Below are positions 41,121 to 50,085 of a DNA stretch of 64,000 nucleotides, piece after piece (the first letter of the stretch is position 1; each line of letters begins with the position of its first letter). A program made the position numbers and the translations under genes. The stretch comes from Cyanobacteriota bacterium (lineage in GTDB: Bacteria; Cyanobacteriota; Cyanobacteriia; Thermostichales; Thermostichaceae), in the NCBI GenBank assembly GCA_033764955.1, contig JANRIL010000029.1:1-64000 (forward strand), given 5' to 3'. Under the pieces are notes generated by a model that was not told the origin of the DNA, did not search any database, and saw only the letters and a program-made list of their open reading frames with translations.

Positions 41121-42053
41121 CTAAAGCAGCATGAAGTCCCGCAGGAGGCGATCTTGAGCCTGCCTCAGGATGGTCAGATCCTCCGCCCGCTCACCCTGAT
41201 TGAGCAAAACAAAGATCAGTCCGTTGGGCAATTGACCCACGAGAGCCAGGTTGGTGCGGCCATCGGATCCGGCTTTGGCCACTGTTCCCAGAGGTAAAAA
41301 TCGCTGGCTGAGGGGACTTGTGCCTACCCCGGCTTCGGGAAAAATGGTAGATAGGGATCCACTTTCTCGGATCAGGTTTTGCAGGAGTGAGGCCAACGTC
41401 ATTGCCGGAATGTGGGCGGTGGTGTCGGCGGCGAGATAACCCGCTCCATTTGCCAGTGCGACCGGACGGTGGGTGAGGTTGTGCTCAAAGAGAATATCTT
41501 GCAGCGGCATCACCAGGGATCCCGGCTGGTCGCTGCTGCGTAGGGCTCCCCATCCGCTGGCATCCAGTTCTAGATAATCGTGTAGCTCGTGGTGACGTAG
41601 CCAGTCCACCTGGTGGATCAAGCTGGCCATCAGGGGGGCGGGTGAGGCTTGTTTGGCTTGATAATTAGCCAGAATGTTGCCATTGGGGGTGATCGCCAGC
41701 ACTGCCTGGTGGTGCAGTGGGATCCCGGCTTGGGTGAGGGTCTGTAAAAAAGTCGTGACGGCGGTTTGATGCAGGGATTGGGCGAGATTCTCCGGTGTAG
41801 GGGAGGCAGAGGGCTTGACGGTAGGAGTGGGTAGGGGGGGCGGGGGGGTGGGAAATCCGTACTGCTGGGGTTGCGGAGAGGCAGAAGGTTTAACGGTGGG
41901 GGTGGGGAGTGGGGGTGGGGGAGTGGGGAACTGAGTCTGTGGGGCAGTGCCAGGATCCGATGGCTGGCTACAGAGCCACAACTGGCTGGTGACCGTCAAA
42001 CCCAAGGCAGCGCAGAGGATCCAGACCCAGGTGGGGAGTTGCTTGGTAGACAT
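41121..42053 (-). CDS. Degenerate D-Ala-D-Ala carboxypeptidase (PBP4/S13)-like membrane-anchored protein
   Basis: N-terminal TM, Pro-rich repeat, then ILANYQ, LANGAG, IFPEAG and VAKAGS, which echo cyanobacterial DacB motifs; no SxxK. Confidence 0.6.
   Translation of the reverse strand: MSTKQLPTWVWILCAALGLTVTSQLWLCSQPSDPGTAPQTQFPTPPPPLPTPTVKPSASPQPQQYGFPTPPPPLPTPTVKPSASPTPENLAQSLHQTAVTTFLQTLTQAGIPLHHQAVLAITPNGNILANYQAKQASPAPLMASLIHQVDWLRHHELHDYLELDASGWGALRSSDQPGSLVMPLQDILFEHNLTHRPVALANGAGYLAADTTAHIPAMTLASLLQNLIRESGSLSTIFPEAGVGTSPLSQRFLPLGTVAKAGSDGRTNLALVGQLPNGLIFVLLNQGERAEDLTILRQAQDRLLRDFMLL
41799..41930 (-). repeat. Intragenic duplication encoding FPTPPPPLPTPTVKPSASP twice
   Basis: Identical 19-aa unit twice, with synonymous DNA differences; G-rich on the + strand. 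Confidence 0.85.
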
Positions 42054-42259
42054 TCGGATGGCTCCGTCAGAGGTGGCTCAAGCATAACAAGTTCTGCTAA
42101 TGCCTTGCCAAATAGGCATAGTGGGCGGGAAGTAGGGAGATCCGCTTTCCCTGCCCGGATAGCCAGGGGATCCCTATCCAGATGGTTAGGTGTCGGGGGG
42201 AATTGGCCTCAGCTAGCTTACGGACATTACCCTTCATCGAACAGGCGGATGGATCCCTT

Positions 42260-43267
42260 ATGCCAGAAACCCTTAATACTCCCCTTCCTGCTGTCCCCCA
42301 GCCTGACTGGATGACCCTGATGGATGCCTATTCTCAAGCGATTAGCGCGATTGCCGAACAGGTGGGTCCAGCCGTGGTCACGATTCAACAACAACGCTCG
42401 ACGGCTCAACGACGCTGGCGGGAGGATCCTGAGGATCGGGTGGTGGGAGCCGGCTCCGGCATCCTGATTACCCCCGATGGTTATGTGTTGACCAACCATC
42501 ATGTCGTAGCTAATGATCGGCCAATCACGGTGATCCTGGCTGATGGCAGCCGTTATCCTGCTGAGCGGGTGGGGGAGGATGCCGATACCGACCTGGCGCT
42601 GTTGCGCCTGCCGGAGTCAGGACTACCTGTGGCGACTTTAGGCAATTCGGATCCCTTAAAGGTGGGGCAGGGCGTGATCGCCATCGGCAATCCGCTGGGA
42701 TTGCAGGCAACCGTCACCGCTGGCGTGGTGAGTGCGTTGGGACGTACCCTGCGGAGTGTTTCGGGTCGTCTGATTGAAGAGGTAATCCAAACTGATGCGG
42801 CGCTAAATCCCGGCAACAGTGGAGGGGCATTGGTCAACTCGCGGGCGGAGGTGGTGGGAGTGAATACAGCAATTATTGCGGGTGCTCAGGGCATCTGTTT
42901 TGCGATTCCCGCCAATACAGCCACCTGGGTGATTCCACAATTACTCCAGGAGGGACGAGTGGTGCGGGGTTATCTGGGCATTGCCGGACAAACGGTACAG
43001 CTACCACCCCATCTGGTGCGGGGCTATGGGTTGGCGGGCAACAGGGCGGCGGTGATCGTCCATGTCGCGGCGGATAGTCCGGCGGCACGGGCGGGATTAC
43101 GGGAGGGGGATATCCTACTGGAACTGGCGGGGGAACGGATCCCGTCGGTGGATGCTATCCACAAGATCTTGGGACGAGACACAATTGGTCAGTCGCTGCC
43201 GATGGTTTTTCTCCGCAACTCGGAATGCCGTCAAACCGATGTGGTGCCTGCGGATCGAGGTAGTTAG
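42260..43267 (+). CDS. HtrA/DegP-like trypsin protease with one PDZ domain, no obvious signal peptide
   Basis: GSG, TNHHVV, DLALL, IQTDAALNPGNSGG, SPAARAGLREGD. Start moved to MPETLN. Confidence 0.92.
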   Translation: MPETLNTPLPAVPQPDWMTLMDAYSQAISAIAEQVGPAVVTIQQQRSTAQRRWREDPEDRVVGAGSGILITPDGYVLTNHHVVANDRPITVILADGSRYPAERVGEDADTDLALLRLPESGLPVATLGNSDPLKVGQGVIAIGNPLGLQATVTAGVVSALGRTLRSVSGRLIEEVIQTDAALNPGNSGGALVNSRAEVVGVNTAIIAGAQGICFAIPANTATWVIPQLLQEGRVVRGYLGIAGQTVQLPPHLVRGYGLAGNRAAVIVHVAADSPAARAGLREGDILLELAGERIPSVDAIHKILGRDTIGQSLPMVFLRNSECRQTDVVPADRGS

Positions 43268-43371
43268 GGCTACCAGCAACATGGGGGATCCCCGCCCCGG
43301 CACCAAGATAACTTGCTGAGTTCCCTTACCACTCTCCATGATAGAAGCAAGCATGAGCAGGAGCGCCAAGC

Positions 43372-45714
43372 ATGGGCTGGACGTTATTTAAGCTGCAAAA
43401 GATCAGCATCTATGTCTTGGTGGGGATCGCCTTTTTAGCTAACTGGCTGGGGGGAACTTTTATTCTGCCGATTGCCCTGGTTTTGCTGGCGGCGGGTTGC
43501 TTTAGTTGGTTTTGGGAGCCACCCCGCATTGATTTCAACCAGTGGGCGGGTATCTGGATGCCCCTCACCGTCAGTATGTTGGTGGTCTTGGCCGGACTCG
43601 CCATCACCAGTATTTTGGGGCCGTTTGATGCGGGCATCGGCTTGGTGCTCTATCTAACTACGGCCAAACTGTTTCAACGGGAACGAGCGGCTGACTACAT
43701 TCAAACCACGGTGTTGTCGTTTTTGTTGATGTCGATTGCCACCATCTTCAACGAGGACATCAGCTTTGGCCTGTTGTTTATGGGCTATGTGATCGTAGGG
43801 CTGATTTGTCTGACCCTTTATCATCTGCGGATTCAAACTGAGCTTTATCCGCAGGCGGCCCGGCAAAATCGCCGGATTCAGCCGAAACTGCTGGGGCTAT
43901 TGGTGAGTTTGGCGGTGATTGCTCTGGTGGCTTCCATTGCTTTCTTCTTTTTGTTCCCACGGGTGGGCTTTGGTTTTTTGGCTCAGCAGACTCAACCGGC
44001 TGTCAATACCACCGGATTTAGCGAAGAAGTTAACCTGGGCAGCTTTGGCACCCTCAAATCGGATCCCACGGTGGTGATGCGGGTGGAATTTCCCAACGGG
44101 ATCCCGATTGGCACGCAAAACCTCTATTGGCGGGGAATTAGTTTTGACCGCTACGATGGATCCCGCTGGAGTCGCACCCTTTACGGCAATGACATTTTAT
44201 TTTTGGATAGCCAAGGGCGGGTGGATCTGCCTCCTCCCCAGACGCGGGATCCGCAGGCGGCATCGATTCGCCAAAGCATTTATCTAGAACCTCTTAGCTC
44301 AAATGTCTTATTTGCGCTGCATCCTGTGCTCAACCTGCAACTGGAGGATCGCCGCAACCCCAACGCCCTCAACCCCCAGCAACGGCAACGCTGGCAACTA
44401 ACCCGCCGGATTGGGGTGAGTGAGACAGGGGATATTACCCATCAATCGGCCCGCAATGTTGCCTATCAATATCAAGCCACCAGCGAACAACCGCAGTGGT
44501 CAGCTCAAGCCCTCCGCCAAATCAGCCATCAAGCGGTGTTGGATAGCCTGGAGCCTCAGCAGCGACAAGCCTATTTGCAATTGCCCGACAACCTCAGCCC
44601 CGCCATTGCTGATCTAGCTGCCGAGATTACCCAAGGGATCCCCGATGACTATGATCGCGTCCTAGCGATTCAAAACTACCTGTTGCAGAACTATACCTAC
44701 ACTACCGACCTGCCGGATCCGGGTGATAATCCTCCCCTGGATAGCTTTTTGTTTGTCAACAGGCGGGGGCACTGCGAATACTTCTCGACCGCTCTGGCCA
44801 TTTTGACTCGTTCAGTAGGGATCCCGACCCGTTCGGTGAATGGTTTTTTGGGGGGACGTTGGAACGAGCGGGAAAGTTATCTTTCTGTCAGAAATGCCGA
44901 TGCTCATTCTTGGACCGAGATTCCTTTTGGCTCCTATGGCTGGGTGACGTTTGATGCCACGCCTGCGGTTGCTAATGTCAGCGCTCAAGAAAACTGGCTG
45001 GATCCCTTGCGAAGCTTTTATGATGCCCTCCGCTTTCGTTGGATCAAATATGTTATTCAATACGATTTGCAAACCCAACTGGCACTCCTGGAGCAGTTAC
45101 AAACGAACCTACCGGGCAGCCCTGCTTCCTCCTCTACAGAAAAGACCTCCTGGACAGATTGGCTGAAAAGTGGGCTGTTGCCACTGCGGGATCTCCTCCG
45201 ACAAAACTGGCTACCCACGTTGGGCATTCTGGTCAGCAGCGTGATCGCGGGTTGGCGTGGACAAGGCCGTCGCTTGCAACGGGTGCGGATTGCGGATATG
45301 GGGGTGATCCTAGCGCTGTCAGCTATGAACGGAGCCTTGTTGCTGGGGCTGTGGCAACCCCGTCCGACAGGCTTGGCTTTAGGGATCCCCATACTGCTAC
45401 CCAGCTTGCTCTTTGCCCTAATGCGCTGGCAGGGCTGGCAAAGGTCTAGCCATCGTCAGATGCAGGAGATTTCGCGCTTGTATGTGCAGGTGCGGAGGCA
45501 CGCCATCGCAGTCGGGATCCCGGTGCAACCTCGCCAAGGTCCAGAAGCTCTGATCACGCTGTTGCAAAGCTCCCATCTATCTGAAACCGAGCCAGGGATC
45601 CGCCTGATTCGCCGCTATTTGGAGGTGCGCTTTGGTCAACAACCCCTGGCTACGGGAGAACTCCGTCAACTGTGGCAGGAGTGGCAGCAGGTTCGGCAGG
45701 CTTGGAGCCGTTAA
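43372..45714 (+). CDS. TgpA-like membrane transglutaminase (DUF3488 + TGase core)
   Basis: N-terminal TMs, FFLFPR, LYWRG, catalytic GHCEYF, AHSWTE, FDATP. Confidence 0.9.
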   Translation: MGWTLFKLQKISIYVLVGIAFLANWLGGTFILPIALVLLAAGCFSWFWEPPRIDFNQWAGIWMPLTVSMLVVLAGLAITSILGPFDAGIGLVLYLTTAKLFQRERAADYIQTTVLSFLLMSIATIFNEDISFGLLFMGYVIVGLICLTLYHLRIQTELYPQAARQNRRIQPKLLGLLVSLAVIALVASIAFFFLFPRVGFGFLAQQTQPAVNTTGFSEEVNLGSFGTLKSDPTVVMRVEFPNGIPIGTQNLYWRGISFDRYDGSRWSRTLYGNDILFLDSQGRVDLPPPQTRDPQAASIRQSIYLEPLSSNVLFALHPVLNLQLEDRRNPNALNPQQRQRWQLTRRIGVSETGDITHQSARNVAYQYQATSEQPQWSAQALRQISHQAVLDSLEPQQRQAYLQLPDNLSPAIADLAAEITQGIPDDYDRVLAIQNYLLQNYTYTTDLPDPGDNPPLDSFLFVNRRGHCEYFSTALAILTRSVGIPTRSVNGFLGGRWNERESYLSVRNADAHSWTEIPFGSYGWVTFDATPAVANVSAQENWLDPLRSFYDALRFRWIKYVIQYDLQTQLALLEQLQTNLPGSPASSSTEKTSWTDWLKSGLLPLRDLLRQNWLPTLGILVSSVIAGWRGQGRRLQRVRIADMGVILALSAMNGALLLGLWQPRPTGLALGIPILLPSLLFALMRWQGWQRSSHRQMQEISRLYVQVRRHAIAVGIPVQPRQGPEALITLLQSSHLSETEPGIRLIRRYLEVRFGQQPLATGELRQLWQEWQQVRQAWSR

Positions 45715-45765
45715 TCCGTCAGGTCAAGGTTGCCAACAATTTGCCAAGGGTGAATGGCAAAAGGA

Positions 45766-47613
45766 CTAGCCCGCTACAGCCCAAACATTGCGCCATTTGA
45801 CAGTTCCTGAAGCAGCCAATAACCAACGCCGACAAATGACCTCCTCATAAATTGGGGATTGACCCTCACGCAAAATCACATATTTGTAAGCAATAAATTT
45901 CCCAGCACTTTCATGAAAAGGAATTTCGTTGAACCAGGTATTAGCATTAATATATTCAAGACGAAAGGCATGATTAACATTCCAATTTCCCAACTCAGGG
46001 CAATCTCCAATGACTGCCACCACCTCTCCAGGATGGGTGACGTAACCATTGAGCTGGGCACGCACAATCATCTGCCCTTCTACACGATCTCCAATGTAGT
46101 TCAAGATGATCATTTCCTGCGAATTTAAGGAAAAGTTATATAATTTATGACCATGAACCATAAAGGATCGCCCCGTTAAAATACAGATATATTCCCCATC
46201 TTCAAGTTCACAATCAACTTGAGAAAGAGTAATAGGCTGACCCTTATTAAGCGCTACAAAACAACGCGAATCTCGGTAGGAACGAACATAACAATAAATG
46301 TCGGGAGTAATATATTTTTGATGATGAGCGCCCAACGATACGGCTGGATTGAGGCGGCGTAGCTTAGATAGTAAACGTAAATCTTGACAAATTTGGGTGT
46401 CGGGATCCCAATGCTCCATCATCGGTCGATTGTAGGGATCCATCCCTCCATTGGTATCATTATGCAGATATTGCTCGGTTCCATAATAAATACAAGGGAT
46501 CCCGCGTGTTGTCATCAATAGTCCCACCGCCAACCGTAATCGCTGGGGATCGGGGTTGAGACTTTGAAAACGAGGCATGTCGTGATTATCAATAAAGGTA
46601 ACTAACTCGGTAGAGCTGTTGTAAAGATAATCAAGATCTAGGATGTTTTGAATGCGATAAAATCCAGCAGGATGGTTCTCTGCCAGAGCCGAACGGATCC
46701 CTTCACACAAACCAAAATCTAAAATGGACATGCCCGATTTGTTGGCAAAATTAACCGAGTGTGGATCTTGAGGCTTACTGAACCCCCACTCACCAAAAGC
46801 AAAAACAGAGGGCTTATGGGTTTGAATATCCGTGTTAAACTCCTGCCAAAACCACAGATGCATGTGTTTAACTGTGTCAATTCGTAGGGCATCTACCCCT
46901 CGATCTAGCCAAGATTTGATGGCCGTTTTAATATAGTGACGAAATTCGGGATTGTTTTCATCAAAATCAGCAAGTCCCGCCATCTCACAGTTCACCAATT
47001 GCCATTGATCTTGCCAATCCGTAATTTCACCATTGTGATGATACCAATGATTCACATCGTTATAAAAATCCGCAATCAGTTCCCCATCATCATAGAGACG
47101 CCCTTTTTGCCCATTCACATCGGGGCTACTGTGATTACAAACAATATCTAAAATTAGCTTAAGACCCCGATCATGCATTGACTGCACCAAAACATCAAAT
47201 AGATTACAGCGTAGAACACAGTTATCCTGATGAAGAGGAACAAATCGAGGATTAATTCGCTTGAAATCTTTAGTCCAATACCCATGCATAGCCGCATGGC
47301 CGAACTGTAGTTCTTCCACCTGTTCAAAGACAGGTGAAATCCAAATAGCCGTTACTCCAATTCGCTTGAGATAATCCAATTGATCAATTAAGCCCTGAAT
47401 ATCTCCACCCCAGTACTTCCCCCAATCCTGTCGATGAGGATCGTAAAGCTCAGGATTGGGTCCAGGATTATTGGAGGGATCCCCATCATGAAAACGATCA
47501 AGGATGACAAAATAGATTGTTTCTTGGCGAAATTCAATATCACGGGTGAATAAGAACTCCAGGGCTTGCGTTTCAGATAAAGAAGTTTGAAAAAGCATAT
47601 CTTGTGAATTCAT
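45766..47613 (-). CDS. GH13 cyclodextrin glucanotransferase/alpha-amylase-like enzyme with C-terminal CBM20
   Basis: DRFHDGD, YWGGD, HGYW, DIVCNH, RIDTVKH, FGEW, FIDNHD, GDCPELGNW; no signal peptide. Confidence 0.9.
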   Translation of the reverse strand: MNSQDMLFQTSLSETQALEFLFTRDIEFRQETIYFVILDRFHDGDPSNNPGPNPELYDPHRQDWGKYWGGDIQGLIDQLDYLKRIGVTAIWISPVFEQVEELQFGHAAMHGYWTKDFKRINPRFVPLHQDNCVLRCNLFDVLVQSMHDRGLKLILDIVCNHSSPDVNGQKGRLYDDGELIADFYNDVNHWYHHNGEITDWQDQWQLVNCEMAGLADFDENNPEFRHYIKTAIKSWLDRGVDALRIDTVKHMHLWFWQEFNTDIQTHKPSVFAFGEWGFSKPQDPHSVNFANKSGMSILDFGLCEGIRSALAENHPAGFYRIQNILDLDYLYNSSTELVTFIDNHDMPRFQSLNPDPQRLRLAVGLLMTTRGIPCIYYGTEQYLHNDTNGGMDPYNRPMMEHWDPDTQICQDLRLLSKLRRLNPAVSLGAHHQKYITPDIYCYVRSYRDSRCFVALNKGQPITLSQVDCELEDGEYICILTGRSFMVHGHKLYNFSLNSQEMIILNYIGDRVEGQMIVRAQLNGYVTHPGEVVAVIGDCPELGNWNVNHAFRLEYINANTWFNEIPFHESAGKFIAYKYVILREGQSPIYEEVICRRWLLAASGTVKWRNVWAVAG

Positions 47614-47679
47614 GATATTTCCTATGATGATCTTGAGAAACTTGCTACTAATTATATGGATCCCGCTTCAGAAGACAAA

Positions 47680-49338
47680 CTATTGAGGATTTGGCAAATA
47701 ATGTACAGCCAGCATGGTAATATCATCAAATTGTTCTGCTTCACCAATATGCTGTCTCACAGATGTATCAATCATATCAAGTAATTGACTGGCAGAACCT
47801 ATAGGTTGACTGACTAAACTGACTAATTGATGGCGAGTAAACAACTCATGATCAAGGTTATGGGCATCTGTTACCCCATCCGTATAGGCTAATAAAATAT
47901 CGCCCGGTTCCAACTGGATTTGCTCGATTTCAAAAGTTACTCCTGGTAATACCCCAAGAGCCGGTCCCGTTGCGTTCAGCCGCTCCTTAATTTCTCCAGA
48001 AGCGCTAATGTGAAACAAAGGTTCATGCCCCCCATTAATATAAAAAATTATGCCCGTGGCCGGATCTAAAATGCCAAAAAAGATAGTCGCAAACATATTT
48101 GATCGGCTATGAGTATTGGCAATATAATCATTCGTTAATGTCATGGCATTGACGAGGGCTTGGGTGCCAGCGGAGGGAAGTAGTCGCTTTCGCCTGCCTG
48201 CCGTTGAGGATCCACCAGGATGATCATCACTCAAGACATCCAGCAAGCTCAGAGAATAATTCTGTTGCGATAAACTGCGAATCAAGCTGCGAAATAGAGC
48301 CATAAATAGGGCGGCTCCCACTCCTTTGTCGCAGACATCAGCAATCACTAAACCGATTCGCCCTCGGGATAACTCAAAGACATCATAAAAGTCCCCAGCC
48401 ACATTCCGAGCAGGGCTAAATCGAGCCGCCACTTCCCATCCTTCGGGATGGGGCAAACTTTCGGGTAAAAAATCTGATTGAATCTGTCTAGCTATTTGGA
48501 TATCTCGCTCATAGCGTAATAAGTCTTTTTCCATTAGGAGAGAGCGTTCTCGTTCTTCGTCTGCTTGCCGACGCTGGGTAATATCTTCTGTGATGGCAAA
48601 TCCATGCAAGATCTCCCCCTCTGGATTCCTCCCTACAAAACCAATCACTTCTACCCAAATTGGACGACCATCTTTATGAAGATACTGTTTCTCTAGAAAG
48701 AAGGAATCTCGCTTGCCAGACAATAGTTCACGATAATATAACTCGGTTTGTTGCCGATAATCAGGATGAGTAATCTCTTGAAAAGATTTTTGAATGAGTT
48801 CTGCTTCCGTGTATCCTACTAATCTTTCATAGGCAGGATTACAGCGCAAGATTTGAGCGTTTGAGCCTGTAATTGCAATGCCAATGGGAGATTGCTGAAA
48901 AAGCAAGCGAAACCGCTGCTTCTCTTGCTGTAAATCCGCCTGAGCTTTGGCACGAATTTGACCCTCTATCAAAAGCTGATGATGAAGTTGATCTAAAGTT
49001 TTTTTGATATCTTCTTGAGAGCGCTTTAGATCGGTGATGTTAGCTGCATAAGCATCAATATTTAATGTGTCTGCGGAAGTGCTAAATGTAAAAAGATAGA
49101 CGTTATCTTGGGTGAAGACCTCGAGATTAGGGAGGGCAGATCCAGTTTCAAGAGGTTGAAGAATTGACCTCAAAAAATCTACGGGGCACCTTTCTCCAAT
49201 AGTCGCTCCCCATGTTTGCAAAAGATGGTGTGCAGGCTGATTAGCATACAAAATAATCCCTTCCTTAGATATCTGTAATGCTGGATCTGGATATCGAGCA
49301 AGACTAATCAACTCTGGGGAAATCAAAGATTCTGACAT
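47680..49338 (-). CDS. PAS-domain SpoIIE/PP2C phosphatase (IcfG-like)
   Basis: PAS (ITHPDY, KDGRPIWV); VAGDFYD, ADVCDKG, NGGHE, YTDGVTDA, QFDDIT. Start moved to MSESL. Confidence 0.92.
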   Translation of the reverse strand: MSESLISPELISLARYPDPALQISKEGIILYANQPAHHLLQTWGATIGERCPVDFLRSILQPLETGSALPNLEVFTQDNVYLFTFSTSADTLNIDAYAANITDLKRSQEDIKKTLDQLHHQLLIEGQIRAKAQADLQQEKQRFRLLFQQSPIGIAITGSNAQILRCNPAYERLVGYTEAELIQKSFQEITHPDYRQQTELYYRELLSGKRDSFFLEKQYLHKDGRPIWVEVIGFVGRNPEGEILHGFAITEDITQRRQADEERERSLLMEKDLLRYERDIQIARQIQSDFLPESLPHPEGWEVAARFSPARNVAGDFYDVFELSRGRIGLVIADVCDKGVGAALFMALFRSLIRSLSQQNYSLSLLDVLSDDHPGGSSTAGRRKRLLPSAGTQALVNAMTLTNDYIANTHSRSNMFATIFFGILDPATGIIFYINGGHEPLFHISASGEIKERLNATGPALGVLPGVTFEIEQIQLEPGDILLAYTDGVTDAHNLDHELFTRHQLVSLVSQPIGSASQLLDMIDTSVRQHIGEAEQFDDITMLAVHYLPNPQ

Positions 49339-49444
49339 GTGGGTTCTCGTTGCACGACACACTTTACTATTGGAATTGAGATGAGACGTCAATCTCAAAC
49401 AAATTTACGGCTACGAACGAAAATATGCGGATTCAGTTCAGTGC

Positions 49445-49897
49445 TCAAGACGAAGTGGATAAAGACCTACGCTGCATTCGAAAAATATTGCGATTGCGTT
49501 GATTAATGCGTTCATAGGCAAACTCATCTACACCTTCTATTGCTAAGTAAATTCCCAATCCGCCAATCGGTCGCTGAGCCAAAGGAATGTCAATAGTTTG
49601 TATTTCTTGTGGAACCGCCTGTCGGGGATCATAGGCAGCCCCTGTATCTTCAATCACGATGGTCAGATATCCTTCTGTCACGCTTGCTTCCAAATAAAGG
49701 GATCCCTGTGTATCTGTCTCTTCATAGGCGTGGGTAATGATGTTGGTGGCAATTTCGTCCACAGCCAGACGCAAATTATAGATTGCCTTTTTATCAAGAC
49801 CCGCGATGCTCCCAACCTGCTTAACAAAATCAGCAACATATTGAAGTGCCTCCAGGTTACCAGGAAGAGTTAATGAGTGTACGTTCTGCATGGGCAT
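49445..49897 (-). CDS. RsbW/SpoIIAB-like anti-sigma Ser kinase
   Basis: LAVDEIATNIITHAY, EDTG..YDP, RPIGGLGIYL. Confidence 0.9.
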   Translation of the reverse strand: MPMQNVHSLTLPGNLEALQYVADFVKQVGSIAGLDKKAIYNLRLAVDEIATNIITHAYEETDTQGSLYLEASVTEGYLTIVIEDTGAAYDPRQAVPQEIQTIDIPLAQRPIGGLGIYLAIEGVDEFAYERINQRNRNIFRMQRRSLSTSS

Positions 49898-50085
49898 CGC
49901 TCCCGAAGTATAAGGATAATCTGATGAAACTAAATTGTGTAAAATTTATTTACTACTAAGCAATCATGTATGTTTGATCTATAGGTTACTGGTAAATAGA
50001 ATGTGCTGATATTAATCATTGCTAAAAATATAGAAGTTAACTAAACTTGTCAGGGTTGGATAGGCTTCTGAATCAATTGTTTTCT

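Noticed and set aside
41800..41930. G-run-rich stretch suggesting a G-quadruplex
   Set aside because: Fully explained by proline codons on the minus strand; no independent evidence for a structural role.
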